DNA of 64,000 bases from Podarcis bocagei (Eukaryota). Position 1 is the first letter of the stretch, and each line of letters opens with the position of its first letter. Of this stretch, positions 13,068-26,899 are shown one piece after another. The position numbers and the translations under genes were made by a program. Where the stretch lies: the NCBI GenBank assembly GCA_964188305.1, contig OZ076890.1; one strand, written 5' to 3'. The notes beneath the pieces were generated by a model that was not told where the DNA came from, did not search any database, and saw only the letters and a program-made list of their open reading frames with translations.

Positions 13068-14571
13068 TATTTATTTTATTAAATATGTTCCTTATGTTAT
13101 CTTGCCCAAGGCATTCCAAAGTGATGTGCAACCAAACAATTATTTTGGTTGATGTACTGCGTTTTAGTTAATTATTTCTATCGTATTACTTGCAGTTCAT
13201 TGCTTTGGGGGCCTTAAAGCAACATATAAATACAACGTAACAACAATAATTTTAAAATCCACACATTGCAAAGAGCTAAATTAAGTAAAACAATTCTTAA
13301 GAACTGTGAATATCTTTTGAAAATTGTATAGGGAATGAAACATATCCTAGGGAAGTTAGAGTAGATTTCATTACACTGTTATGATACATTTCCATCCAAA
13401 GTAGTTAGTTGGTTACAGAATCTATTTAGCTGCCCATAACTTAAGTTCTGGGTGATTCATAAAACAATTTAAAAACTTTAAACTGCATGCTTTCTATTCT
13501 TTTTCTATTGTTTTCATAATTTTGTGTGATATTGTCTCATTAATGGTCAGTATTCAAGATGAAACTGTTTAGTGTTTCCAAATGTGCCTGTATTTTCCTG
13601 CCAAATATATGTAAAAATGAACCTTTTTAAGACCTTGTACTTTAATGAACCATCTTATTGTCGACATTCAAAATCCAATAGTGTGCCTTTTGGTGACGTC
13701 GTTTAGAATTTTAATGCATTTTAGTTCTCATTCGGCACGGCCTATGTGCTCCTCTCGGGAGGGCCTTTAGAAATAGGATTAACTTCTAGAGGAATGCATT
13801 AGCTATGCCACAGAAGTAGGCAAAGCTCTAACTAGCCTGATAGATTGCTCCATGCTTCAAATCCTCCTTGGTCCCCCCTCCCTTTTTATTGACAGCTTCT
13901 CATTGAGCTTCTAGAAGCATTAGTGTATTTAGGAGTTAGATGTTTTGTATGATCCTAGGCTGATCTCATATTCGCTTTCTGAAATTAATTCGACACTACT
14001 TTACATGTTAATCCGCAAAGGATTGATTTTGAGAAGGTCAGAGTAGAGCAGTTTCAGAAAATGGAAGAAAAGCTCTACTTAAAACAGCTCATTTCAGTTC
14101 CCAGAATTATGTATAGCTGCCTTTTCATTGTGGCACTTAGCCAGCTGTAGGAGAATTGGTCCTCTTGCAGGATATATCAAACAGCATTGTTTGATGTGAG
14201 CTGCAGAAAGTTGAACTAATTAAGTTTAGCTTCATTAACCAATTGCAGTTTGCAAATTGCACAACTATACTTGAAAGCCTGCAAGATAATAGACTTCTTT
14301 TGACCGTAAACCATAGTAATTGAATGGTACTTTAATGACAACATTGAATAAGAGATCTTTTAAAAATTAAAACAACTTACCCTAGGTTTTCTCTTGTGTG
14401 CCTTGACTTTCCTTTCGTGTATTTTGAGTTGCATAGTTGCTAAAGTTGCAAAAGCAGAAAGTAGACATATAAGAAGTTCACAGTATGCTGTAAGGTGAGA
14501 TTGGTTGATTAGAAATAAACAATGTCTTTAGTATGTAACTAAACTGTCAAACAGAGTTGTTAACAGAGTTG

Positions 14572-14878
14572 GAGAGCCAGTGTGGTGTAGTGGTTAAGAG
14601 TGGTAGTCTCGTAATCTGGGGAACCGGGTTCGTGTCTCCACTCCTCCACATGCAGCTGCTGGGTGACCTTGGGCCAGTCACACTTCTGTGAAGTCTCTCA
14701 GCCCCACTCACCTCACAGAGTGTTTGTTGTGGGGGAGGAAGGGAAAGGAGAATGTTAGCCGCTTTGAGACTCCTTAAAGGGAGTGAAAGGCAGGATATCA
14801 AATCCAAACTACTACTACTACTATTCTTCTTCTTCTTCTTCTTCTTCTTCTTCTTCTTCTTCTTCTTCTTCTTCTTCT
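14572..14878 (+). mobile_element. Full-length tRNA-derived SINE (Squam3-like) with a (CTA)n(TTC)n tail
   Basis: A-box tggtgtagtgg, B-box-like gggttcgtgtc, core gggtgaccttgggccagtcac, 3' part gttagccgctttgagactcc, then the microsatellite tail. Confidence 0.8.
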
Positions 14879-15849
14879 AACAGCAGTGCCACAAAGAGTT
14901 TGTGCTGATAAGAAACTAATAAACCTGAAACAATATACTAGAAATATGGAAGTAATTAAACATGTGCATTGTATTGGTTGCAGTGGCAGCTCAGTCACAC
15001 AGATTTCATGTGAATAGATGAATAGACACTGTTGCCATTAACACTCATTTAACCCCAAGGTAGATCTGAAGCTGGAACAGAATAATATTACCTAAATATT
15101 GTGTCTGTTAAAAGTGTGGCTCTTAACAACTGTAATTTCCTGACATTCAGTGAATATGGAAAGCCCGTAACATGGCATGTTAAACTGAAAGTTTAAAAAA
15201 AAAATGAATAAATTTTAAGAAGGCTATGGTTACAACTCCTTCATGAGGCAAACTTGAAAATGAAAAATACTATGCAAGGTGGGAGAGAAATATCCTCATT
15301 AATTAAAAAAACACTACCATTTAGAAGAACAAGAATTCACATGCAGCTTATCATAAGTCTATTAAGTGAAATAAGAATAGATGTTAGCGTTGCCACCTTT
15401 TTCATAACTGGGCTCCTGTGTCTTTAATGGAGTTTCCAACTTTTACTGACCCGCACTACTTCTATGTCAGTAGCAACTGTTTCATTGAACAACGTTAGCA
15501 GGGGTCATGTTTGTTTTCATGTGCTGGAATCGCCCTGACTTATTTCTGCATGTTGTATAGATGATACAGATGCAGGAGCAGGCCCAGCTGGGGCTTTAAA
15601 GTTCTAACAGCAAACCTAGCCTTTCAAAGTTGCAGTAGAAAAAGAGGAAATTCAGCAGATAAAGTACACACACTCACAGTTGCCTTCTGTATCTCCCTCC
15701 TTTTTTCTAAAGGTTCTCCTGTGCCTTCAAAAGCTGACCATCAGAGTCCAGCCAGTGTACACCTCAGATATAGTTCTCCCTTTTCCTCATGTTTCTCAAA
15801 CTAGTTTTACTCATCATTTTTTTTCAGTGGTCCCGGGAATTTTTCACAT

Positions 15850-16370
15850 TTTTACAGCTGTTGCATACTGGGTCAGTATCTTCATTGAGCTAGCCACCAT
15901 GATCTTGCCTCTAATAGCTTACTTGACTTTTCTTGTTAAGGACACTGGAATCCTCTTGGCCTTGTCAGTACCTTTCCTAATCTGCAGTATACATTCCAGA
16001 AGGGCTTTTATTATGGTGGCTTTGAATAGCCCTCAAGCATTCTAGGGAAATTTGACCCTCTTAACCCTTTCCCTTTCAATTCCCTTTTTACCAATTTTTG
16101 AGAAATTTCTGCTTTTGAAGTCAAATGTGACCATGTTGCACTAACTTGGCAATTGCCCACCTACATATATGTTGAATTTCGAAGCAATTTGGTCATTGTT
16201 TGCATCTTGCACTAGGTCCCACATGCCACTTAAGATAAAGTCTAAGGCCACATCTTCTTTGCTTGGTCCTATGACACACTCTTTTAGGGTATGTAAGAAA
16301 CTTACTAAGAAGTCTTTGGTAAGAGACACAGGAGCCATGGTGTGGGACTTCTGAAACTCCAAGTGTATAC
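15850..16370 (-). mobile_element. CR1 ORF2 relic (end of endonuclease domain and linker)
   Basis: Minus-strand VIGPSKEDVALDFILSGMWDLV resembles the CR1 V..PTR..A.LDLIL motif. Confidence 0.55.
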
Positions 16371-16384
16371 TCTGTAATGCAGAA

Positions 16385-16490
16385 CTTGTGGCCCTCCAGA
16401 TGTTGCTGGACTCGCATCACCCCTATCCAGCATAACTAATGGAAAGAATGACAGATGTAGTCCAGCAACATCTGGAGGACAACACATTCC
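16385..16490. mobile_element. Old palindromic MITE of the same broad group
   Basis: Inverted arms cctccagatgttgctggact and agtccagcaacatctggagg. Confidence 0.65.
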
Positions 16491-16569
16491 CTCCTGCTCA
16501 AGTGTCTCACAATCATTGATGCAGTCACTGATACCGAATCTCTCTCCATGTCTCCATACTTAGTTATAG

Positions 16570-16800
16570 AAACCTCTTGGAAACGTAATGATAGGACTCT
16601 AGGAAACAATGAAACTAAAACTAAGACATATCATGGATATGACTTTTGTACATTAAAAAAAGCATTTGACAGATTATAATCACCTTTCATATTACATCGC
16701 TCCAAATTTTCCATGTTTAGGAATACATTTGTAAAATGATTGGATTTATTATGTGTAAACTTCTATGCAAATATTTAAATAAATTAAGTATTTCTGAATC
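16570..16800 (+). mobile_element. Decayed LINE (L1-like) RT fragment
   Basis: aaagcatttgacaga encodes KAFDR, followed by an F..F.KWI-like remnant. Confidence 0.4.
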
Positions 16801-18373
16801 AGTGTCATAACTTTCATTTTTCTCGCTTCAAAACAATGAATATAAATTGGTTGCACAATATGTATTCTCCTATGCAGGCAAATACAAAATTGGTTGGTTG
16901 TGTAGCTAGGGAAGGAATGTGGTGTGGAGGTGGTAGAGGTGTGATAGAACTTATTTATTTAGCGTATTTGTGTTGCAGCACCTCAACAGCATCAGGGTGT
17001 TTGCTCCTTCTTCCAACAAGTTACGTATGCCAATTGCAATTGTTAAGGAGTTTGGTTTTTTTATTTAGTCCCTCTTCCTTCTCTCCACGCCCCTAACACG
17101 AGTGATGTAATAACCAATGAAGGAAACAGTAATCTGGATTGATTAAAGTGTCAGCAAGTGAATATGCAAAAGACTCAGGACTCTTCTAGATATACTTACA
17201 CAGCCTGCATAGTCTGAACTTTGTACATCTGCTTCTTGTAAAAATCTCCATTGGATATTACAATGGAAGTATAAATATTGGAAGCGGAAGCATCCATAGT
17301 TCTTAAACCATTTGTTACTACCCTCCATCTTTCATCTCTCTTGCATCCTTTTCTTTGGGGCTTGAGATTGGTAGGTCTGCAGGTCTGGACTTCATGAAGC
17401 AGACTCTGTTCAACTTCTTTGCCTCTAGTTTTCTGATCCTGCAGCAGTTTGCAGTTTATTGCTACAGACAGACTACAATAATACTTTTTGCCATGGTTGG
17501 TCCATAAAAATGAACTTCAAAGCATGCTAAAATAGCATTCATGGAATATCCATCAAAAGGCACACGAGGTACTCGACATCAATACGAAGGTGATCCTAGA
17601 AGCACAACAGGATGCAGGTCCAGAAGTGAGGCTTCTGGTCAATGATACAAGTTCTGTGAAGCATCAGGAATTTTTGCCTTTCAGAATTTTTAAAGCATTC
17701 TTTAGCATTCTGTTTTCCTCGGACTTTTCAGCACTTATTTCAAAAATACATCATGAGTGATGACCTAATGTACATCTTCTGTACTTAAATGTACTGCCTG
17801 TAGACTTTGTTTCCCAGGTCAACCACTTCCCAGATAGAAATAGATTATTATTTTACATCTATTAATTGCATTATCCAAAGTTATCCAACCTTCTAGCCTT
17901 GAGCCGTATTTTTTAACATTCAACATCATAACAAAGTTATGAAGTTTCTCTCATAACAGTTCCCAATTCTTTATGGCTAAATATATTTAGCCTTCTGTAA
18001 ACCTAGCTCAGTTATGAAACACATCATCCTGTAGCTTGGTGGAACTGTTTTTGCCATGAAAAGAAGTGAATTTGGAGCACTGGAACTCCTCTTTCCAAAG
18101 TTTTCTCCCAGATTATGTTTTCATCCTCCTAAAATGTAAGATATAGTAGTTTTTGCTTTAAAGAGTGGTAATGTTTTTATTGAGTGCCTATACAAGTCTA
18201 AGTGCTCAGATAAGGAATTACATTATACTGCCAACAAAGGGGGAAGAGTTGTGATGTGAGTGAACAACTAGTTTTATCTTGCCAGCAGACTGCTTATCTT
18301 ATTTAAAATAGCCTGACACAGAGTGTGTCTGTGTTTAAATGTGAAGTCAGTAAACATACAAGGGAAACATTTC

Positions 18374-18650
18374 TATTTATTTATCTATCTAAACATTTAT
18401 ACCCCACTTCTTTTTATAAAATAAAGTCAAAGCAGCTCAGCAAAAATTTTCATATACATACAGTAAAAACACCCCAATTACTAATGTCCCTTTTGTTCAA
18501 TAAATCCAATAATGAGATTAAACAAGCTTTATGAAGACAAAACTTTAACCCACACTAAAAGATCAGCAAAATAAAGCTTAAAAAGAGAAGGCACCAGTTG
18601 AAACCTGCTAGGGAGGGAGTTCCACATCCTGGGTGCCACAATAGAAAGGG
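18374..18650 (-). mobile_element. Old L2-like 3' fragment
   Basis: gggagggagttccacatcctgggtgccacaatagaaagg resembles the L2 3' region seen at 7210-7250; begins with a ttatttat-type tail. Confidence 0.5.
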
Positions 18651-21600
18651 GTAACAAGGCTATATAAAGATAACAAGTTATGATTGTGTGCAGTTGCATG
18701 AAATCATACTAGTTGAGATTTGTAAGTGTTCTTATGTCAGTTTTTATGTTCATCACCTTCTGTTCACAGAGTGGTTGATGGAGGGGGGCAGCACCATGCA
18801 CCTGGCCTCCTGTTAGCTGTGTTGCTGTGCTCCCAGGAGGCAGTGGGGAATTTCAAAACATGTATGTGCATAAGGCTATTTTACTGACATAAGTTATGTT
18901 TTACTGACATAGTAGGTAACATGACTTAACTGTTTTATTCTGCAGTGTTTATCGACAGTTGGGACTTCAGACACTGCCAAAGTATGGCTGTGTCTAGCCC
19001 CGTACAAAATATGTGTGAGTTGGACATCGGCATCACCCCAAAGGTTGATTGTGCATTAGCAATTCAACGCTCAACCAATCTTAGGAAATATGTTAGTAAT
19101 TTGGTATGGTCAGTAGTGTTGGGATTTGTTTGAGATACAGCGGGATTCTAGGACCAGGTTCCCTAAGCCCATACAGTATCTGCTTTCAGGGTTAAAACAT
19201 ATTTAATGATCTCTGTTCATACAAAGACATATGTAGGAATTCCATGCAAGTAAAAAAGCTAACACGGCAGCTTCTGATGCAACATTTTCCTTCTTCTGTT
19301 TCCTGAAAGCTTATTTTTTTAATGCAGAGAAATAATCTACCTCAGAAATTTGCCACTTCATTCCCAACTCATTCTGCTGTATACATAGCCTGGACCACTT
19401 CCTTAAGACTAATTGAGGGCAAGACGCAAAGTGGTACAAAAATAAGAACTGGTAAAAGAATACAAAGTCTGCTTTATAACTATCTGCTAGCTGAAATCTT
19501 GGGAACATTGCCTCCCCCCCCCCCCGGATGGTTGTGCTATATACACAGATGCACATATATGTTTGTTTATATGTGGCTTGCTCACAATGAATTTATATGA
19601 TACTGCTCAGAATCACAGGTTTCAGTAGAATATTTTAGTCATTTTGATTTGAAAAAGAAAACCATATGTAAATGCTTCTCCCTTATGAAACATATATTTC
19701 CCCCTGTAATTTTTCTTCATGTGCAATTGATATTAGAAAAAGAATAATGTTTTAGGTTTAATAATAAAGCCAAATATTTGGTACGAGAATAACTTGGTGC
19801 TGCCTCCTGTTATTTGGCTCTATTTGTACAGTCCCCAGCTGCATTATCTAACCCCAGTGAAGAAAATTAAGTCAATGTAAAAGTATACTCTGTTTTTTTA
19901 CAAAGAGGTCACGAATAGTCTTTCTTCCCTTGGTAGTCACCAGTGTTCTTATTACACTTCATTTATATAGTTGAAGGACTCAGGAGAACCAGCTGGGTTC
20001 CCTGTCTGTACTCATCAAGTGTTAATTTCTGAAAGAGGTACTGCTGTCATGAACAAGTGCCGAAGGTACTCTGGTGGTCCTGCCAAACAACAAGAGCTCT
20101 TAATTAGCACCAATGTTCAATCAGACTGCTTAACCTGCCACAGAGCGGAGGAGGTCATGTTCCTTCCTGCAGCATTGCCAACAGAAAATACCCAAGAACA
20201 GACCCTGAATGTTTCTTTTACTGTAAGAATAGTTACTAAAGGCAACTGATCCATGAGAGTAATGTGGCGCTCCTTTTGAGGGCTATGTATGTGCTTTGAA
20301 AAACAAATTTTCTCTACTGTAAATCTTCAAGAAATTTTCTTAAGCATATTTTTATCAGTCCAGGGTAAATATAGTAGTTTGATTCTGACTTTGGGCTCCT
20401 TCTGAAGACTTAGCTAAGCACATACAGTTTAACTATTGGGTATATGCAATGCACTAGGCCCGTTACGCTTGGCAAAATTGTAGAAGAAAAAAGTCATCCA
20501 TTTTTTAAAGTGTAATTTGTGTGCTTCATAAGCTGTTTATGTATTTAAATAACTGTTCTTACAGAAGATAATGAAGGGGAACCTAAAATAGCTAGGAAGA
20601 CAACTTTATGTATGGTCAGTTGAGGTGTGAAACACCAGGGGTTACTTAGTTTGAGGGTGCAAATACCCTTGGCAATAAAATAAAATAATGCTCTTCAACA
20701 GATGTCTAACAAATTTAATTCTAGAGGTATTTCAAGCTCAGCTGTCAAAATGGAAAGGGAGTAGTTTAAGACACTCCACCAACAGTCGCTTAGCGGAATA
20801 TTATTCATGACTGCGAGAGAATCTTTATATGACATTCAATATCCTGTGTTACAAACGGTCAGACTCTTTGGATTTGTTTACAGTTGAATACACTTGCTGC
20901 ACCCTTATTGCAGGATTCTCTGAGCCTAATTTGGGAAGCAAATTATTGTTTCTATTTTTAACTTTTTTGTAGATACTTTGAAATCTGAAAAGTGAGAAAT
21001 CCTGTGTGTGTTTCTGGAGACTAATAAAGAGCTGCATAGCTGCTAAGACAGTTTTGTTGACACAACCTCTGTGCATTATAAAAAGGGTACCTTACCCTTT
21101 TCAGGGTGAAAATACATTGGAATGCTTTCTCGTCTTATTGTGTAAGTGGGAAGATGGCATGCTAATCCTTTTGTACATATATACTTATCATGGCAGCCAC
21201 ATTGTTTAGGTGGTTTTGCACAAGCCAGAAAGAATTTAATGCATGTGTTAAAGAAGGATTTTAGTAAAGATTGTTTGCTGTCTGTCTTACAAAAGTGAAT
21301 GTAGGGTATTTGCAGAGTTCCTCTAGTTGTCTTCACTTATTTTCAGTTGCTATTTTAAATAATAGTTTAGCTTCATGTAAAGTCAGTTCTAAGGAGAAAG
21401 GGAGGATAGCATTTCTGAGCCTTTTCAAAAGTAGCAGTATCATAGTTACTGGTGGTGGGATTCTCCCAAGTTGAAGTATGCTTCTCTCCTATAGTGAATA
21501 TATTATGTTACTCTGAGTTTGTAATATTTCTGCAGTGAAGTACATGTGAAAATGTCACAGTTTTCATTCTAAATTGCATTACACTCTGTCGTTATGACTT

Positions 21601-23379
21601 CAAGTATTGTGGTAGAAGTGTGGATACACTTTAGGTTTATCAGCTCAGACAGTACAGAGTGCTCCTTGTGTCATCCATCAGGCAACATTGTACTGTAATG
21701 TGTATGTTGAGCAGTAACCTGAACTGTCATGGTTACACTGATTGGAAGATCTGTGGGGAGGTGTGTTTTGTAGCAAGAGATTCAGAAAAACAGCACTGGA
21801 GGTTTCAAGACTTTCAAACCTTGTCAATAGAGTTACACAGAGACAGGGCAATTAACTATGTGTAAATGTTGCAAAAATATAAGAGCTGTAATCTGGCAGG
21901 ATCACTAGTTTGTGTTCTTATTTAGTGAGCTATAGCAGTTTTGTGCTAATAGAATCCCAGTTTATATGAGAAATGGGCAGTCTTTTCCTTTTCCTAGATT
22001 GGCTAGCCCCATTTACCCCCACTTACCTCTACAGCATGTGCAGAAGCCGCCTTCTTGACCGTTGGACCATTTATCTTGTCCGCTCATTTTGCCAGAGCCT
22101 AGCTTTTCATGCAGGGAAAGTTCACACCAAGAATTATCTCAGTTAAATCCATTTAATTCAATGATTTAGACAAAATTGTGGTCCTATATTTGGTACAGTA
22201 TTGTATTTAAACATCTCTGCCCAGGACATAGGCTTCCCTGGAGTTTTATTGACTGGCTGAGTATTGATGAAAGTTTCAGTTGTCTTAACTTTATGGTTTA
22301 ACACTATGTTTTTGACACTGTATGTACCATATCATCAGAGCATTTTTAAAAGTATAGATTCCACAATGTAGAGCTTTTATTCTCTTTTGCTACCATTTCC
22401 TTCAAGCATCATGTGTAATCCTTCCAAAATTAATTTAAAACACCTAGAATAAAAAGCATCTAGTAATTATTTCAGAAAGGCATTTTAAAAAAGAGAATGG
22501 TCTTACAGATAAACAAAGTTGGATGTCTGTGTTCTAAGCAATTCTGTTTAATGAAGTTCTAAAAATAATGTGAAAAATTACAAGCGATATATTGGTAACA
22601 TGATACAAAGTTTTTTACTTAGATCATTAGCTTGAATCCAGCTCAGATTTGTAGTAAGTAATGAGAAATTGTTAGCAGGTGAAGATCTCTTGGTGGGCTG
22701 TGTGGAAAGAATTGACCATCTGATCTTATTCCTAGTAGACAGATGTTTTCATAATAGAAGGAGCCACTAGGGCACCTTTTGTTGCTGGTCTGAGCAAGGA
22801 AATTAACAGTTAAGTGAGGATGAAGTGATTGAACTCAGTTTTATTGGTGATAATTCCACTTGTCAAATACTGAGCAATCTATTGAAATACTGTTTTACTA
22901 GTCTGTAGGACAGCAAATCATGCACATTTTATATGTTTCTTTTTGGTTCATTTTTAAGCTTTTTTTTAATTGATGTAAAAAAATTATATTTCCTGCTGGT
23001 AGTCAGAGTTTAAGCTCAGAATTTACAATAATTTTGTAAGCCATGGGGCAAAGGAAAGCTTTTTCACGGACAAGACTGGGTTGAACCAAGTATGCAACCT
23101 TTGGTTTGTCTGCTGCATATATAGAGAGGTAAGGGGAAATGGTTGTGGGCCTCCTTTTAATCCCTGGGAGCAAACCCAAGATGGGAAGTCTTCTCCCAGG
23201 TCCAAAGCACCAGTCCCAATTGGCTCCCAGGGTGGAAGCCCCACAGCTGGGTGAAGCATCGCAGGGTGATGGCTGCTATCCCTCCCCAACTGCATATGCT
23301 GCTGTAAATCAGGGCTCCCAGTGAATTGGGAGGAACCAGGACTTCCTGGGAAGCACAAGTGGTAAGAGTGCCACGGCAC

Positions 23380-23484
23380 TTATATCCTGCTTGCGGGCTT
23401 CCCAAGGGCATCTGGTTGACCACTGGCAACAGAATGCTGTCCTAGATGGGCCTTTGGTGTGATCCAGCAATGCTCTTCTAATGT
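23380..23484 (+). mobile_element. 3' end of a second CR1-like lineage
   Basis: ggcatctggttgaccactg...ctagatgggcctttggtgtgatccagcaatgctcttcta; a similar decayed copy lies at about 10480-10570. Confidence 0.55.
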
Positions 23485-23718
23485 AGTTTTGCTTATAAGG
23501 AATCTTAGTTTAGCATTATGTTTGAACCAAGAATCCTGGTTTTAAACAAACTCTGCTGAGGTTTAGAACAAACCCTAGTTTATGAAGCTGTCTTGCTAAA
23601 TTTACCAGAGGTAATTTTAAACCAGGGTGTCTAGTCTGAACCTAAAACTAAGCTGAAATTTCTTATAGATGAAACTAAACTCTGCTTGAAGTACCCGTCA
23701 GCCATGTAGGGGGAGGGG

Positions 23719-23797
23719 AATGATTCCTGCATTGCAGGGGGTTGGACTAGATGACCCTTGGGGTCTCCTCCAACTCTACAATTCTCTGATTCTATGA
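23719..23797 (+). mobile_element. CR1 3' terminus
   Basis: ttcctgcattgcagggggttggactagatgacc...ccaactctacaattctctgattctatga, with CR1 ATTCTRTG-type terminal octamers. Confidence 0.85.
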
Positions 23798-26123
23798 GCC
23801 CTATGCTTTCATTGAGCTCGTTTGAGGCTTGTTCAAATAATAATGAACCATGATTTAGGATTATATTGCAGACACAACTATTGTTTGACATTTTCTGTTG
23901 GTCGACTATTTCACAAAGCTGTTATCCGATTTTTTTTTTTTGTCTCTATTAAATCTTAAATTGAAACCATTTTTTCATTTCTATGTACTTTCCATTATTA
24001 TTTAAGTGAAGAAGATTTGTGACTGAGAAGATAGTATATTAAAGAGGGGACTGAGAATTATTTTTAAAGAATTTAAAGTGAATATGATCTAAAGTCCTCA
24101 CCATCTCTGACAGCTCTGTTGGAAACTCCATTTTTGCTGTAATTTTGTGGTCTTTATGATATTAACAGAAAAATTATTTGCTGGATAAAGAGGTCCTTCT
24201 AAACTTGGGGTTTTGGAATTTTACCAGTGAGTCTGAACTAACATTTCAAATTTTACTGGCATTTTGTTGGCATAATAGAGCCTGTTTTCTAATTTGAATA
24301 TATACTCTGGCACCTTGGGTTGCCTAACTCAAACCTGTTCTATTCATTTGCTTCATGCAACAATACATTTCCCTTTGTTAAAATGCCTTCTTAGATGTTA
24401 AGTTGTTAGAAGGCTTTTACCCACTTATGAATTATAAAAAACCCATTCATTTCACACACACCCCTGACTCCCAAAAATAACTCTGGGTTATATTCAGTGT
24501 AGCGCTAAGTAAAGCATTCCATCAACACAAGAATTTACACTTGCACAACAGAGCTTCTCCCTCTCTTCCCACTGCGTACGCCTTAAAACTAATCTAGGTG
24601 TTGCCCTAATGCTCTGGAGCAGATTTGGGGAGAGTGTGGGGTACACATAAGGAACGGAATCTTCCATTGTGCAAGTGTAAATTATTGGGCTGATGGAACA
24701 AATTAGTTGTGGGATTGACCACACCAAAAATAGGATTTTGCATTTCAGATATAGCCAGTAAACTCCCAACTGGGTTTAAAATCTAACTCTTTTTGAATAA
24801 CCTATTCCATTAGTGGGGGGCCATATCATGTGGACTTGGAAATAGATTTGAGTGCCGGTGGTTGTGAAAAAGATTGTTGAGATTCAAAAGCCTGTTGGTG
24901 AATATACTCAGAAGTTGCAGTAACTTTTGAGAGCATTTGTTGTCTTTTTCTTTTACATATATGTTTAAGAACTACAGAAATGTTATGAACATTGGGGGGG
25001 GAGCACTTTTTATTAAAACAGGTGGAAGGGGAGTTCTGTGCTAGCAGAGTGACACTAGCATCACTCTGCAGGCAGAGGCCACAAGGAGACTGGCAGGGCT
25101 GGGCAGAGGGACCCTCAAGTGGCTTGGATTGATCTTTTAAAGTGTGATCCTGTACATGATTATTAGAAATAAGTTTAATTGTATTCAACAGTACTTACTT
25201 CCTAATGTGTATGTATTCTTTACGATTGCAGTATTAGAGTAACAGTTACGCCAGGTCTATTTATAGAACTGGAATGACTTCTCTTTTTTTAACTTGAATA
25301 AAAGATACAATAAAAATACAATGTATTTGGTGCAATTGCTTCCAATTCTGAGGCATATATTGTAAATGGAATCACAGAGTCTTGTACACAGGTCATGTGA
25401 AGACAATAATTAACAAACAGCTCAAAAGAAAGATGGTAAAAGTTACTTTTGACCCTCAGGTTTTTCAACATCTGGAATGTAATGTTGCTTTTTGTAATAC
25501 TTCTGCAATACCATAAAACAGCAGGGTGCATTAATGAGAGTTTCAGTCTGAAAACCACAACATCAATGAAATTTATAGATGTCAGATCATTAACATTAGT
25601 CAAACATAGTTTCTGTGGTTTTAGTTCCAATTTTAAGTAGGTATAATAAAAGTCATTTACTGACTATGAGCACTGAGCGTCTTTGGACTTGATGAAATTT
25701 CAGTTAACTATGCTGAATTAAACTAATACCATTTTCAATCTATGCTATAAGCATTTTTTGTGAAAAATGTTTAATGGACTGATGTAGGAGCATTTAAAAA
25801 GTTCTGCCTGGTTTTACTATTTTACCTGGCCTATAGAAGTTTAAATTAAACTTTAATGCTTCAACATTTTTATGTGAAATGGCAACTGGAGATTAAGCTG
25901 AAATTCATTTTGGGTATCAAAGATTTCAGTCTCCTATTTGGTCTGGTGCTGCTGCTTCTGTTTTACTAAAATATACTATCCTTCAGTATAAATTTGCAGG
26001 TTGTTTTTCATAAAGTCTAGGACACCATTATGCTTTTCAAACAATTTCTTGTGCACAGATCTTCAAAAAATGCAACAGTTTCTGAAAGCAGAAACTTTGA
26101 AAATATTAGTTAAATACCAGGAT

Positions 26124-26870
26124 CACACCCTCCAACATTTCTCAGATGAAAATAGGGACATTCTATTCTCCTGCTTTTGATCTCACCATACATCATATAT
26201 ATCATATACATCTGTCACCTTGAGCCAATTACAACCTTTCTACTGAACCTACCTAACAGGATTCTTGTAAAGAAAAAATGTGCAAGGGAAAGGATTGTGT
26301 ATAACACCTTCCGCAGATAAATGAAATGGAAAATTTTTTTAGCTGTAAGCTGCCTTGAATCTCTGTCAGGGGAAAAGGCAGGATATAACAACAGCAATGA
26401 GAACGTTCAGGAACTATTGAACTCAATGGAACTTAGTTCTGAATAAAAATGCTTAGGATTGCAGTGTAAGGTTGCACAGTCTTTACCCAACTACCTGGGA
26501 GTAAGCTTCATTGAATACAGTGGGACTTACATCTGAGTAGATAGTGTAGGGCTTAATTTACAATAAAGGAATAAACAGTCCATGTGTTTCCTAGAAAATG
26601 GCTGGCTTCTGAAGCATTGCTATTAAAGAATTTTCCTTCAAAATTATAGAGAGAGCTTTGTATGTGTATAAACATACCCAGAAAGAGAGAGATAGAAAAG
26701 GCTTCTGTTTCCCAGAAGGACAGTAGGGTGCCTGATCTCTCCACCACTCTTAATCAAGCCAAGGAGGGGAGGAAAAAGGAAAACCAGGACATACCGCGAT
26801 CATATCAGAAGCCGGAATGGCTTTTGTAATTCCAGGACTGCCTGGGAAAACAGAACACTTGGAGGGTATG
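26124..26870. mobile_element. Old non-autonomous DNA transposon (hAT-like)
   Basis: Inverted ends ca(c/t)accctccaa and ttggagggtatg; flanks caggat / caagat are imperfect. Confidence 0.5.
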
Positions 26871-26899
26871 CAAGATGCCAAATTATTTTCCAGCATCCT

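Noticed and set aside
14798-14998. ORF with poly-Arg
   Set aside because: It is the antisense reading of the (TTC)n SINE tail.
17140-17940. Possible additional LINE relic
   Set aside because: The composition is suggestive, but I could not read a convincing motif.
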